A DNA stretch of 64,000 bases from a virus (Duplodnaviria; Caudoviricetes), in the IMG/VR virus record IMGVR_UViG_3300028186_000155. One strand, given 5' to 3'. This document shows positions 45,321 to 54,243 of this stretch, piece after piece (position 1 is the first letter of the stretch; every line of letters begins with the position of its first letter). The notes beneath the pieces were generated by a model. That model was given only the letters and a program-made list of their open reading frames with translations, was not told where the DNA came from and ran no database searches. Position numbers and translations under genes: made by a program.

Positions 45321-46050
45321 TGGCAGGCCTCGCTTCGTTGCTAACAGGAATATCGTGGGTCAGGATGTACACATACGGCATACGGAAACTTTTGCCACGC
45401 GTTTTGATTGTCACTTGATTTGGCAGCAGGCTGCTAATCGGTCCATCAAGGGCTTTCATACCGAAAATGCTTTTGCACGAACGCCCGTTGATAATGGTCG
45501 CCAGTTTCAGCGTTTCGCCAATGTGCAATTCATTGTCAATTTCGGTCGAGTAGTGGGCCGGGCGATTCATCACCGAATACACCAGCTTGAGGAACGTGGC
45601 GTTTGGTGCAAAATAGATATCGTGTTCCAGATCGTGCCACAGGCAATAGGAGCCACGCGGCTGCATAGGGACCGCCAACTGGTGGCGCCCTTCGAAAACG
45701 TCTTGTAGGCCCGCGCTAATGGCTTCAGGGCCTCCCAAGGATTCGAGTGTGCTGGTGCGCAGCAAAGCGTACAGCTTGCGCCCCTGCATGAATGGGGTCA
45801 TATAACGAACGTCGCCGGGGTGGCGGTATTCGTCCGGTTCGAAACGTGGACGGCAATTCAGAACCACAAGCGAATAGGGTTCTTTTTCCAGCATATCGCG
45901 TTGTGTACGCATCCAGCTGAAACCCACGGCGCCACAGTCATATTCGCTGCTGCCCATGATATCGTAGTTAACCAGTTCGGTAAGGCCTTGGCCGCGTTTG
46001 AGTTCGTCATAGCGGAAGGCGGCGCGGTGAATCAGTCGTGGTCGGTACAT
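45310..46050 (-). CDS. hypothetical protein
   Basis: AAGGA SD; YD.MGSSEY motif. Confidence 0.75.
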   Translation of the reverse strand: MYRPRLIHRAAFRYDELKRGQGLTELVNYDIMGSSEYDCGAVGFSWMRTQRDMLEKEPYSLVVLNCRPRFEPDEYRHPGDVRYMTPFMQGRKLYALLRTSTLESLGGPEAISAGLQDVFEGRHQLAVPMQPRGSYCLWHDLEHDIYFAPNATFLKLVYSVMNRPAHYSTEIDNELHIGETLKLATIINGRSCKSIFGMKALDGPISSLLPNQVTIKTRGKSFRMPYVYILTHDIPVSNEARPANEK

Positions 46051-46065
46051 TTTGATGGTCCTTGA

Positions 46066-46485
46066 TTAAGGTCGTTTTTGATCGGTGGCTGAATCGTCAG
46101 GTATTTCAATTTCGTCATCGTCTTCGAGGTCTTCTGGATCGATAGGCGTTGACGGTACAACAGTTGTGAATTTTCCACGGATAATCCAGCGGCCATATCC
46201 GAGGAACTGATCGCCGTGAACGGAGGTCAGAGATTCGCCTGCGCTCCAGCCCATGAAATGCCACCACGAATTAAAGAACCAGCGAAAACGAAATTTGTGC
46301 TGGGTGTTGCGGTAGGTGGCGCACTTGCGTTTGAAGCGATGGAAATCGATTGCCAGCACGAAACCTTTGACAATTTCCAACAGGAACATTCCCAGCGTGC
46401 ACAGCAGGGCCAGCGTAACAAGGGTGCCGCATAGCATTAGCCAACCATGCAGCCAAGGTTTATCGGCCAGATAATCGAATAGCAT
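46066..46485 (-). CDS. membrane protein
   Basis: N-terminal TM; acidic tail. Confidence 0.7.
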   Translation of the reverse strand: MLFDYLADKPWLHGWLMLCGTLVTLALLCTLGMFLLEIVKGFVLAIDFHRFKRKCATYRNTQHKFRFRWFFNSWWHFMGWSAGESLTSVHGDQFLGYGRWIIRGKFTTVVPSTPIDPEDLEDDDEIEIPDDSATDQKRP

Positions 46486-46488
46486 GGC

Positions 46489-46806
46489 TCAACCCTCTTT
46501 GCTTGGGATTGTGTTCGGGTGCTGGTTCACCGATTGAATGTTGAACCGTTCTTGCCGAATGATCGCGTCGGGGTCAAACGTCGGGTCAGGGTGTTTGATG
46601 TAGGACATAAAGCGCTCTACAGCCACCACCGGGATCGTTTCACCAAAAGGGATTTTGTCGGTGCAAACCAAAATCTTTTCGATGGTAGCTTTGCGCAATC
46701 GCGCTTCGCGGTCGTTGAACTGTTTGCGCCAGATGTAGGCGAACACCATCAGCAGGAACACGAAGCCCGGCCCTACCACGATTAGGTCTTTCTGGAACTC
46801 AGTCAT
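46489..46806 (-). CDS. single-TM protein
   Basis: TM at about aa 8-26. Confidence 0.7.
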   Translation of the reverse strand: MTEFQKDLIVVGPGFVFLLMVFAYIWRKQFNDREARLRKATIEKILVCTDKIPFGETIPVVAVERFMSYIKHPDPTFDPDAIIRQERFNIQSVNQHPNTIPSKEG

Positions 46807-46827
46807 TTTTCATTGTACCTATGTGGA

Positions 46828-46852
46828 AGGGGGGACCGATATGGCTCCCCCT
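46828..46852 (-). promoter_or_regulatory. intergenic hairpin
   Basis: AGGGGGAGCC-ATATC-GGTCCCCCCT. Confidence 0.5.
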
Positions 46853-46857
46853 AGAAT

Positions 46858-47862
46858 TTACGCAGTGCGTTGTTTGCGGCGCATATCGGCGGCTTGTCGC
46901 TTGGAAATGCCGTCCGGGTAGCCGGGGCCTGCGACGATACGCTTATCATCGATCAGGATATTTACCGGGGTGCCCAGCAGGTCTTCCAACGCGTCTTCGC
47001 AGTGCTGCGCCGTGCGTCTATTTTCCACCAGCTTTTGCAGGAATTCACGCAGTGTCGATTCGTTCAGGTGTTCAAACTTGAACGGGGTTTCCGGTTTCTC
47101 TTCGTCTTCAATCCCTTCGGAATCAGGATCGACGGTAATGAGTGTTTCCACGCCCAATTCGGACGTGATCAGGTTTTCCAGATCCTCTTCAAGGATCATC
47201 CACGTGAAGCTGTTTTCGAGTTCTTTCAATTGCGCCTGCACCAGCTGAATGCGGCGGTATTTTTCGAAACACTCGTAAACGTATTCACGATGGTTGAGGG
47301 TAACGTCATCCTCGGCAATCATCCGCGCAATCTTGCACATCACATCAGGCCATTCCTGATCCAGCTGCATTTCGTGGCGGATGTGATCGATGCAGGCCAC
47401 CAGCGGGCCACGCAGCGTGACAGATTTGCTCGGGTTTTTATGCTCATGCAGAATTTGCACGCGCTCGCCCGTGAGTTCGAAAATCACAGCTTCGACGGTT
47501 TCGATGCGGTACGTGGTGAAGTCCTGCATCCCATAATCGCAAAGCTGCTTTTCGTTTTCCAGCCGGTCAGCAGCACGCGGTTTGTGGCCATGCTGTGTAT
47601 CACCCTCCAGCCATTCGCTGCGGAAATAGGCACCGAGCGATTCGTCGCCTTCCATCCATTTGGAAACCGACAGCATTTCGTCAATGACCGCGTGCCACGT
47701 CTGCAACTTCCAATCGTTGGTATCGAGTTCAACGCCCGGTGCTTCCAAAAGAGCGCCGCCATGCGCGGTTGCGTTGTGAACCGCAATCATGAATTTGCGC
47801 GGACCCATATCGACCAACATTTGGCCGACCAGCTTTTCCGCCAACTCTAAGCGCTTGCCCAT
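46858..47862 (-). CDS. acidic hypothetical protein (334 aa)
   Basis: TAAGGA SD before MGKRL. Confidence 0.8.
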   Translation of the reverse strand: MGKRLELAEKLVGQMLVDMGPRKFMIAVHNATAHGGALLEAPGVELDTNDWKLQTWHAVIDEMLSVSKWMEGDESLGAYFRSEWLEGDTQHGHKPRAADRLENEKQLCDYGMQDFTTYRIETVEAVIFELTGERVQILHEHKNPSKSVTLRGPLVACIDHIRHEMQLDQEWPDVMCKIARMIAEDDVTLNHREYVYECFEKYRRIQLVQAQLKELENSFTWMILEEDLENLITSELGVETLITVDPDSEGIEDEEKPETPFKFEHLNESTLREFLQKLVENRRTAQHCEDALEDLLGTPVNILIDDKRIVAGPGYPDGISKRQAADMRRKQRTA

Positions 47863-47865
47863 TCT

Positions 47866-47952
47866 CAAACTTCCTTAATTGCGTGAGTGTGAATGTAACG
47901 GCCATAGCAAAGGCCAGCCGCCACACTACCATTCGTCGGGTTGCCTTGTCAA
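47866..47952 (-). promoter_or_regulatory. sigma70-type promoter and leader homologous to 27599..27682
   Basis: TTGACA-N18-(TG.)TAGTGT, then GGCGGCTGG..TTTGC..GCC GTTAC..CTCACG..ATTAAGGAAGTTT. Confidence 0.7.
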
Positions 47953-47960
47953 TCAGGCGG

Positions 47961-48260
47961 TTAGCCCGCGTAGCACTGGCGCAGGGCCACAGCGGGGCTA
48001 TCGGTCGTTACGCGTATGCAGGTGCCCGTATCTGCATAGAAGCGGCTAACGGTGTTCCCTAGCGTGCCTTTGGCGTGCTGGATCAACGCCTTTTGCTTGC
48101 CGTTGAACCACACGGCCAGATCCCAGCTGTGAACGGCCTCGGTGACGCTCACAATGAAACCGCGTTCAATTGCAGCCCGTTCGGTTTGCTTGATTACGTG
48201 CGGTGCACTGTCTGGCGTTTTATTCGGGGTTGGTGCCTTCGGTTTTGATTGGCGTGCCAT
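47961..48260 (-). CDS. hypothetical protein
   Basis: GAGGA SD. Confidence 0.7.
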   Translation of the reverse strand: MARQSKPKAPTPNKTPDSAPHVIKQTERAAIERGFIVSVTEAVHSWDLAVWFNGKQKALIQHAKGTLGNTVSRFYADTGTCIRVTTDSPAVALRQCYAG

Positions 48261-48654
48261 ATTCGGTTTCCTCTACGTTCCTCATTGCCCTAATAAATTC
48301 GGGGCGTATCTCACTCAGTGCCTTAACAAAATAGGCCTGTTCAATATCTCCCACGAAATGCCCGATCATAAATGACCCGTCGCCCTGTACTTCGATATTG
48401 AGATAGCTGGTGCTGCCTTTGGAAATGTGGGCAATTTCGATTTCACCACAACTGCCCATGAACAACAGCGGGTGATTGATTCCATGCTGGCGCAAATACT
48501 CGATAACCTGAAGGGCTTCGGCCACCGTTTTTTGATCGGGTGCGCCTTTGGCACTGCCGCCATCCCAACCGGGTTCACTGGTCAGAAATAATTCCAACCG
48601 TTCCCATTGCGTGCTACTTAGCGAAATAGTCTGCGGGCTGTTCAAGGTATTCAA
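48220..48654 (-). CDS. hypothetical protein with GWDG motif, start uncertain (TTG)
   Basis: resembles the C-terminal domain of 6887. Confidence 0.55.
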   Translation of the reverse strand: MNTLNSPQTISLSSTQWERLELFLTSEPGWDGGSAKGAPDQKTVAEALQVIEYLRQHGINHPLLFMGSCGEIEIAHISKGSTSYLNIEVQGDGSFMIGHFVGDIEQAYFVKALSEIRPEFIRAMRNVEETEYGTPIKTEGTNPE

Positions 48655-48883
48655 CCTTTTCTTTGAGTTCGCGGATGTACGCGTTCTTTTCTGCCAGCAG
48701 CTGTTCCAGATGGATAGCGTGCTGGCGCTGGCGTTCGTAACGGGCTTTCCAACGGTGGTGTGCCCGCACAAAACGGGCGTTCATTTTATCCCAAATATGA
48801 TCGCCGGGCGCTTTGCTCAACAGACGCGCTGCGCGCATGATCATGGCGACCGAGGTAGAACGCCCGTGGTAATGAGTTTTCAT
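48614..48883 (-). CDS. hypothetical coiled-coil protein
   Basis: ATGA-coupled. Confidence 0.65.
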   Translation of the reverse strand: MKTHYHGRSTSVAMIMRAARLLSKAPGDHIWDKMNARFVRAHHRWKARYERQRQHAIHLEQLLAEKNAYIRELKEKVEYLEQPADYFAK

Positions 48884-49704
48884 CGTTCTAGTGCCTCGCA
48901 TTGTTCGGCCCACGTTTGCGGCTGTCCCATCAGGCGAGCCAGCATACCGCTCAAGAATTCACGATGTTCATCCTGTTTGAAGTCCACCATTTTCGGGAAT
49001 TGGAAAGCAACCAATTGATCCCATACCCATTTGGCGAAATCCTCTTCTTTCTGGTTGGTTTCCGGCTGCATGGCCCAATCATACAGACGCATGACCGTTG
49101 CATATTCCTCGATGTGTTCCATACGGGATTCCACACCATGATATTGCTCGATGTGGACAACCGGCATGCCCCCGCGCCGCTCGCTCAGTGCACGCAGTTG
49201 CAGCGCAATAAACATGTAGCGGAATGTTTGGCGGCGTCTTTTTGCAGGATCGATGTGTTTTACTGCGTGCATGGAGCCAATGACGGAACGGTACATTTCA
49301 CGCGGGTCAAAACAGCGATCAACCACAGATTGCAAATGGACACGCCAGTTGCAGGTCGAGTCGTGGTAGCCGAATGGAGTGTAGATCGTTTCGTAGGCCA
49401 CCAATTCAGAACGCGCCAGCTTACGCAGGAATTTTTGTGCCGAAAAAACACGCACATCACATTCCTTGCCCATGAACATCATTTTGCCGCTGAACGAATC
49501 GCGCGGCCAGCGGAAATAATCGTAATCTACATCGTGGCCAACAATCGTGAAATCGTGATCGGAATCTTCGACATTGGTGCCCCATGCCATGCTGCCGGTT
49601 TCGCTGATCAGCAGCGGTTGAATTCCCAGCTGTTCCACTTCGACCACAAGCTGATACATTTGGTCTTCGGTCAACGGCGATTTGATGTGTGGTTTGATCG
49701 TCAT
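48880..49704 (-). CDS. Pol-beta nucleotidyltransferase (RlaP/YcgL/NrdC.11-like)
   Basis: [17 protein letters not shown]; D......KFL..L..S....YE. Confidence 0.8.
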   Translation of the reverse strand: MTIKPHIKSPLTEDQMYQLVVEVEQLGIQPLLISETGSMAWGTNVEDSDHDFTIVGHDVDYDYFRWPRDSFSGKMMFMGKECDVRVFSAQKFLRKLARSELVAYETIYTPFGYHDSTCNWRVHLQSVVDRCFDPREMYRSVIGSMHAVKHIDPAKRRRQTFRYMFIALQLRALSERRGGMPVVHIEQYHGVESRMEHIEEYATVMRLYDWAMQPETNQKEEDFAKWVWDQLVAFQFPKMVDFKQDEHREFLSGMLARLMGQPQTWAEQCEALER

Positions 49705-50051
49705 TCTTCTTTCACCGTTTGCAACGTCATTTTCGGGAACACTGCTGCCAGCGCCGCGTAGGCCGCTAGGCTTGAATGTCTTGAGGCCATACGCGATTTG
49801 ACCGAGGTCAGATTTCCCTTTTCGTCCACTTGGAAAATTTCTTCCGCTGGATTCCGGTACGCGGCTGGAATCGTTTCGCATTCCAGTTTGATGGCGACGT
49901 AGCCCTGCACTTTGAACGCATTGTCCACCAGATACGCGATGTACCGGTGCAGCTGTTCGGGCGTCACAATTTTCTTCGAGTGAAGGGCCGCCAGTTCCGC
50001 AATCTTTCGTAGGGATGCCGCGTGCGGATAAAGCAGCACATAATTGTTCAT
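49701..50051 (-). CDS. hypothetical protein
   Basis: GAGGA SD; ATGA-coupled to the next gene. Confidence 0.7.
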   Translation of the reverse strand: MNNYVLLYPHAASLRKIAELAALHSKKIVTPEQLHRYIAYLVDNAFKVQGYVAIKLECETIPAAYRNPAEEIFQVDEKGNLTSVKSRMASRHSSLAAYAALAAVFPKMTLQTVKEE

Positions 50052-50195
50052 TTTTCGGTTCCTCTTTCGGAATCAATCTAACGTCTTCGACAACGATCCA
50101 GCCGTACCAGCGCTTGGAAATGGAATAGGTGCCGTTGCCACCGTTATCGTTTAGGCGCCTCATTTCACGGACGGCACTTTCGTAACTGAACAGCA

Positions 50196-51020
50196 TCAGT
50201 CTTTATCGAGGTCGATGTGGAAATAACGGCACAGGCCTTCCAACGAACCTTTGTGCTGAATTACTTCTTTTTCATCGCCCAGTAACGTGAAGTGCGCCAC
50301 CAGCTGATCATGTGGTTCCGAAATCGGGAACGGATCTACAATGGCCACCAGATTGGCTACGCTGATCGCACCGTCAACCATGACTGCGCGGCAGGATTCT
50401 CTGGTCAGTTTGCGAATTTCCGGCGAGTCTACGTGAATGGCCATCATCCAGATATCGCTAACGGTGTAAATTCCGTCGCGGAAATCTTCGTAGCCTTCCG
50501 AGTCTGGCGCCACTTTGAAAATGTGGACCGCTGCGCCTTCACCGTCCAGCGAAGGGCCGACATATTCCAGACGCATACCCACAAACAAATCGACGTAGTT
50601 TTCATCGATCATGTTGAAGGCGCGAACCTCACGGCCAACTATGTAACGCTGCTGGGTCAGACGCAGCATGGGGCGTGCGCACGTATCCGAGAAATTGTTG
50701 AGCAAAGTGCTCACCATATCGAACGGCCCCGGATTGGCATCGCGGGTTTGCAGCATGCTCGAATTGAGCGTGTTTTCGTCGGCATATCCTCGCGAAGAAA
50801 TACCCAGCGATTCGGAGTGGCCGTAGCACGTCACCGGATAGCCCGACGAACAGAAACCTGCGCCCACGACTTTTACGTCCTCAGTGGTCGTATCGTAGGT
50901 GCAGGCAATGCAGATTTGCATGTGTTCCGCAACGTCGGCGTGGGTCAGTGCATCATGGTGCATCAGGCCGACTTCGAACGTCATGTCGCTTTTGGTGATT
51001 TGGAAAATTTCGTATTTCAT
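50196..51020 (-). CDS. family B domain fused to further domains
   Basis: LTHADV...GAGFC...CYGHSESLGISSRG. Confidence 0.8.
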   Translation of the reverse strand: MKYEIFQITKSDMTFEVGLMHHDALTHADVAEHMQICIACTYDTTTEDVKVVGAGFCSSGYPVTCYGHSESLGISSRGYADENTLNSSMLQTRDANPGPFDMVSTLLNNFSDTCARPMLRLTQQRYIVGREVRAFNMIDENYVDLFVGMRLEYVGPSLDGEGAAVHIFKVAPDSEGYEDFRDGIYTVSDIWMMAIHVDSPEIRKLTRESCRAVMVDGAISVANLVAIVDPFPISEPHDQLVAHFTLLGDEKEVIQHKGSLEGLCRYFHIDLDKD

Positions 51021-51475
51021 TTTGCTTTGGCCTTTATGCGATAGACTGTGCTGATCATGTATTGATCGTAGGGGCCTGAATGCCGGGTTTCCAGATGGTC
51101 ACGGCAGGCCTTCGCCTCTTCGAGATTGTGCCAGCGTTGTGCAACGTTTATGTTAGACGCGAACAATGGCTGATCGGCCATGACTTTCACGTACTGTTGC
51201 GTATGCAATTCCTGAATGATGAACCACGGTTTGTTTAGCGGTCTATCAAACACCCATGCGCCCAACCGGGAACCGGGCCACAACGGAGCGGCACAAATCG
51301 CAATCCACGGCATTTGCAACAACATCAGAAACGTCGAGAAATTCGAATTGGGTCCGGGCCATTTGTCGGCGTGGATTTCGTAAATGAGGTAGCCCAGTGC
51401 AATGGCCACGTAGAGCGTGGACCAGCCGATCAACCACCACGCTTTGCGGCTAATGGATTTGAGGTAGTTAATCAT
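51017..51475 (-). CDS. 2-TM protein fused to family C domain
   Basis: two TM helices; WFIIQE..QQYV...AQRW. Confidence 0.75.
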   Translation of the reverse strand: MINYLKSISRKAWWLIGWSTLYVAIALGYLIYEIHADKWPGPNSNFSTFLMLLQMPWIAICAAPLWPGSRLGAWVFDRPLNKPWFIIQELHTQQYVKVMADQPLFASNINVAQRWHNLEEAKACRDHLETRHSGPYDQYMISTVYRIKAKAK

Positions 51476-51674
51476 TTGTGAAATTCCGTTCGATTAGGAC
51501 ACGTGTTTCCTGATTGATTGCCGCGTAAGGAATCAGCATCATGGACAGCACGAAGGTCATAACGAAAATGCGTGGCCAATCTTTCTTTACAGTTGGATCG
51601 TGCAGGCCGAACAGCACAACGAAAATGCAAATCGTCGGGAACAAAACCCACAAAACGGTCAACAAATCTTTCAT
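51468..51674 (-). CDS. 2-TM membrane protein
   Basis: hydrophobic; ATGA-coupled. Confidence 0.7.
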   Translation of the reverse strand: MKDLLTVLWVLFPTICIFVVLFGLHDPTVKKDWPRIFVMTFVLSMMLIPYAAINQETRVLIERNFTND

Positions 51675-52372
51675 AGCGGCGCCTTGACTGGTGACTGGTT
51701 ACGGTCGTGCAGATCGGTACGGGCCACCACGATTTCACGGCGACCAAAACCGAGGCTCCAGATTTCTCGGTGTGCCTTGAACATGCCGTCGCCTTCTTTC
51801 ATCTTGATTGCCAGCCGCTCGGCAGGATTTACGATGTTGTAGAAATAAACCGATTCTTTGTCACCGAGTGTTGGGTTTTTCACGACAGCCACGAAGTAGC
51901 GGTAGCCGAAGCGATACAGGCCTTCGCCAACAATTTGCTTAGGGAACGCTTCAGCGTAGCCGGGATGGAGCACGCTATAGAACTTGCGATTTTCACGTTC
52001 TGCAATTTCAGCCGCTTCAACTTCGTCTTTCTTCCAGCCATGGAAGAGGCCGTCGCATTCACCCGGATCGACGGAATCTGCGAGACATTTGTCGATCACA
52101 GATTCGAAATTGTCCATGTAGATTTTCTTGGCGACTGCGCGGCCTGCTTCGGTGTAGAAACTTTCTTCGCTGTCACCGCCGTGCACGTAGCGAGTAATAA
52201 GGTGGACGTTTTGGTTGCCGTTCACGTCAGCACCGTAATACCGCACAATGCCGTAGTCACCTTCCTCGTTGTCCACCAATTCGTAATCGTCGTGGTTGGA
52301 ATCCAGCGAGTTTTCCCAATTTTCGATCAGTTCGTTAAGTGGGTATTGATAATCCAATCGTACTTCGAGCAT
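51671..52372 (-). CDS. hypothetical protein
   Basis: AAGGA SD. Confidence 0.75.
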   Translation of the reverse strand: MLEVRLDYQYPLNELIENWENSLDSNHDDYELVDNEEGDYGIVRYYGADVNGNQNVHLITRYVHGGDSEESFYTEAGRAVAKKIYMDNFESVIDKCLADSVDPGECDGLFHGWKKDEVEAAEIAERENRKFYSVLHPGYAEAFPKQIVGEGLYRFGYRYFVAVVKNPTLGDKESVYFYNIVNPAERLAIKMKEGDGMFKAHREIWSLGFGRREIVVARTDLHDRNQSPVKAPL

Positions 52373-52374
52373 GT

Positions 52375-52701
52375 TCAGTTCCTTTGATCGGTGATGATGT
52401 TGCGCAGCGCCTCGACGGCCCGGCCATATTTGGTTACGCGGCTGAAGCGACCTTGCGAATATTCGCGGTCGAGATATTCAACCAGAATCTTGGCGTTTTC
52501 ACGCAGCTTTTCGCTTTCAAGCAACAGCGGTGAAACCAGTTCGTTGACCACCTGATCGATGCCATTTTCGTGAGCGTCTTTAATCAACTCTTCACGCTTG
52601 TTACCGCCCACATCGTATTGGTGCGGGTGGTACGTCGGCCACGACAATTCACGCTTAGCCACCTGCGACCGCAACCAACCTTTCCGCTTTTTCACGTCCA
52701 T
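52375..52701 (-). CDS. hypothetical protein
   Basis: TAATG coupling. Confidence 0.7.
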   Translation of the reverse strand: MDVKKRKGWLRSQVAKRELSWPTYHPHQYDVGGNKREELIKDAHENGIDQVVNELVSPLLLESEKLRENAKILVEYLDREYSQGRFSRVTKYGRAVEALRNIITDQRN

Positions 52702-52886
52702 TAAAAACCGCCTTGCAGCATTTGTTGTGCCCTGTGCATGGCCCGAAGCACTTCACCTTTTGGGCTGTAGCGCTTACGTTCCATTTGCTTTTCGAGTTCT
52801 TGCAGCAGCACGGCCATCACCTCGGCCATTTCTTCTTTCTCGGCTGCGTTTTCCAGCAGGCCCGTCATGATTCCGCCCATGTGCAT
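52701..52886 (-). CDS. small helical hypothetical
   Basis: GAGGA SD. Confidence 0.65.
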   Translation of the reverse strand: MHMGGIMTGLLENAAEKEEMAEVMAVLLQELEKQMERKRYSPKGEVLRAMHRAQQMLQGGF

Positions 52887-52896
52887 TTTGTGATCC

Positions 52897-53286
52897 TCAG
52901 TACCAACGTGGGTTCCAGCCTTCGAGGCGATCTTTCAACTTTTTCAGATCAGCTTCGTGCATGTTTTCGGCCACGGCAATCTGGTAAAGTTTCTCACGCA
53001 TTTCATCGACCTTTTTGATACGCGCTTTCCATTCCGGCGAACGCTGGCACATGGAATCCTGTTCGATACGAATCAGGTTTGGGGTGTACGAAAATTTCGT
53101 GCCGCAATCAAACTGGATGCTGGTGTTCCACTGGCCGCTGCAATGCTGCGAATGCTGGCGGTACTCTTTGACTTTGGTGCACGCGCAGTACGGGCAGTTG
53201 GGAATGTTGCGGGCATCGCGAACGTCCTTGTAAAAATCACGAACTTGGACGGGGTTCATTTCGTTGAATTCGTTGAATGCTTGCAT
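52897..53286 (-). CDS. Cys-containing hypothetical
   Basis: CPYC...HC...FDCG; AAGGA SD. Confidence 0.75.
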   Translation of the reverse strand: MQAFNEFNEMNPVQVRDFYKDVRDARNIPNCPYCACTKVKEYRQHSQHCSGQWNTSIQFDCGTKFSYTPNLIRIEQDSMCQRSPEWKARIKKVDEMREKLYQIAVAENMHEADLKKLKDRLEGWNPRWY

Positions 53287-53301
53287 GACTTTTCCTTGTA
53301 C

Positions 53302-53568
53302 CTAGCGTTTGTTTGCCAGTTCGCGTAGCATGGGCGCAGACCAGCGGGAAGTAATGAACTCGCAGCACCGGGCAATTTGGCCGTCAGTGGTGCCGGGATA
53401 ATAACGTTCGATTTCGGAACGTATGAATGTCGCTTTCGACTTTGGATATCGACGCACCAGATTGATAACGGCGCGGATAATTTCGAAATCGTCATCCGAC
53501 AAATCGGGTTCGGGGTCAGGCTGGTTGACGTACACAATGCCTCGACCTTTTGTGTGTATTTTTCCCAT
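53302..53568 (-). CDS. hypothetical protein
   Basis: GAGGA SD. Confidence 0.7.
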   Translation of the reverse strand: MGKIHTKGRGIVYVNQPDPEPDLSDDDFEIIRAVINLVRRYPKSKATFIRSEIERYYPGTTDGQIARCCEFITSRWSAPMLRELANKR

Positions 53569-53581
53569 CGTTTTTCCTCGA

Positions 53582-53605
53582 AGGGCGCCCCGTCAGGAAC
53601 GCCCT
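53582..53605 (-). promoter_or_regulatory. intergenic hairpin before SD
   Basis: AGGGCGTTCC-TGAC-GGGGCGCCCT. Confidence 0.55.
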
Positions 53606-53613
53606 GTTGCTCG

Positions 53614-54213
53614 TTATTGCGCAGCAGGTGCCGCTGGTTTACGCGATGGCAGATCGTACAGGCCTTGGTCACGCCCGGTGCGGAACGATTCTTCGGCTTT
53701 GTCGTTCATCAGTGGCGCGTAATCGTCTTGCGTGCCCTTACAGCCGATTTTCAGGTCGGCCAGATCAAAGGTGTTGATCACCAGCTTGTTAGGCTGCTTA
53801 CCGCGATAGGTACACGATACCTGTTTGCGGTCGGTCATCATCTTTTCTTCACGCAGGAATTTCTCACGGCCCTGATCGATCAGGTTCACGATCTTTTCCG
53901 CCAGCGCGTTGGACGGCGCAATGTTGTTTTCTTGCAGGAACAGCATGGTAGCTTTCAGGCCATCAGCACCGGAACGCAGCTTGATTTGCTCGTTCACAGT
54001 TTTCTGGATATTTTCAACCGAAATATCCTGAACGCCGATTGCTTCTTTGATCTTCTGGCTGATGTTCGACAGCGTGGCCTTACGGCTGTTGTTCGCTGCG
54101 ACAATCCCCTCTTCCTGTGTCACCAACGTGTTGTTGATGTTCACAACCCAAACCAGACCGATTGCCAGCAGGCCGATCAACATCCACATGGGGCTAATTT
54201 TTGGTGCGGTCAA
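53614..54213 (-). CDS. LemA-like membrane-anchored helical protein
   Basis: N-terminal TM, NTLVTQEEGI.A, Y....PN.LV. Confidence 0.6.
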   Translation of the reverse strand: MTAPKISPMWMLIGLLAIGLVWVVNINNTLVTQEEGIVAANNSRKATLSNISQKIKEAIGVQDISVENIQKTVNEQIKLRSGADGLKATMLFLQENNIAPSNALAEKIVNLIDQGREKFLREEKMMTDRKQVSCTYRGKQPNKLVINTFDLADLKIGCKGTQDDYAPLMNDKAEESFRTGRDQGLYDLPSRKPAAPAAQ

Positions 54214-54243
54214 CTTGGTGCTTCCTTTTCAGTTTTTCAGGGA

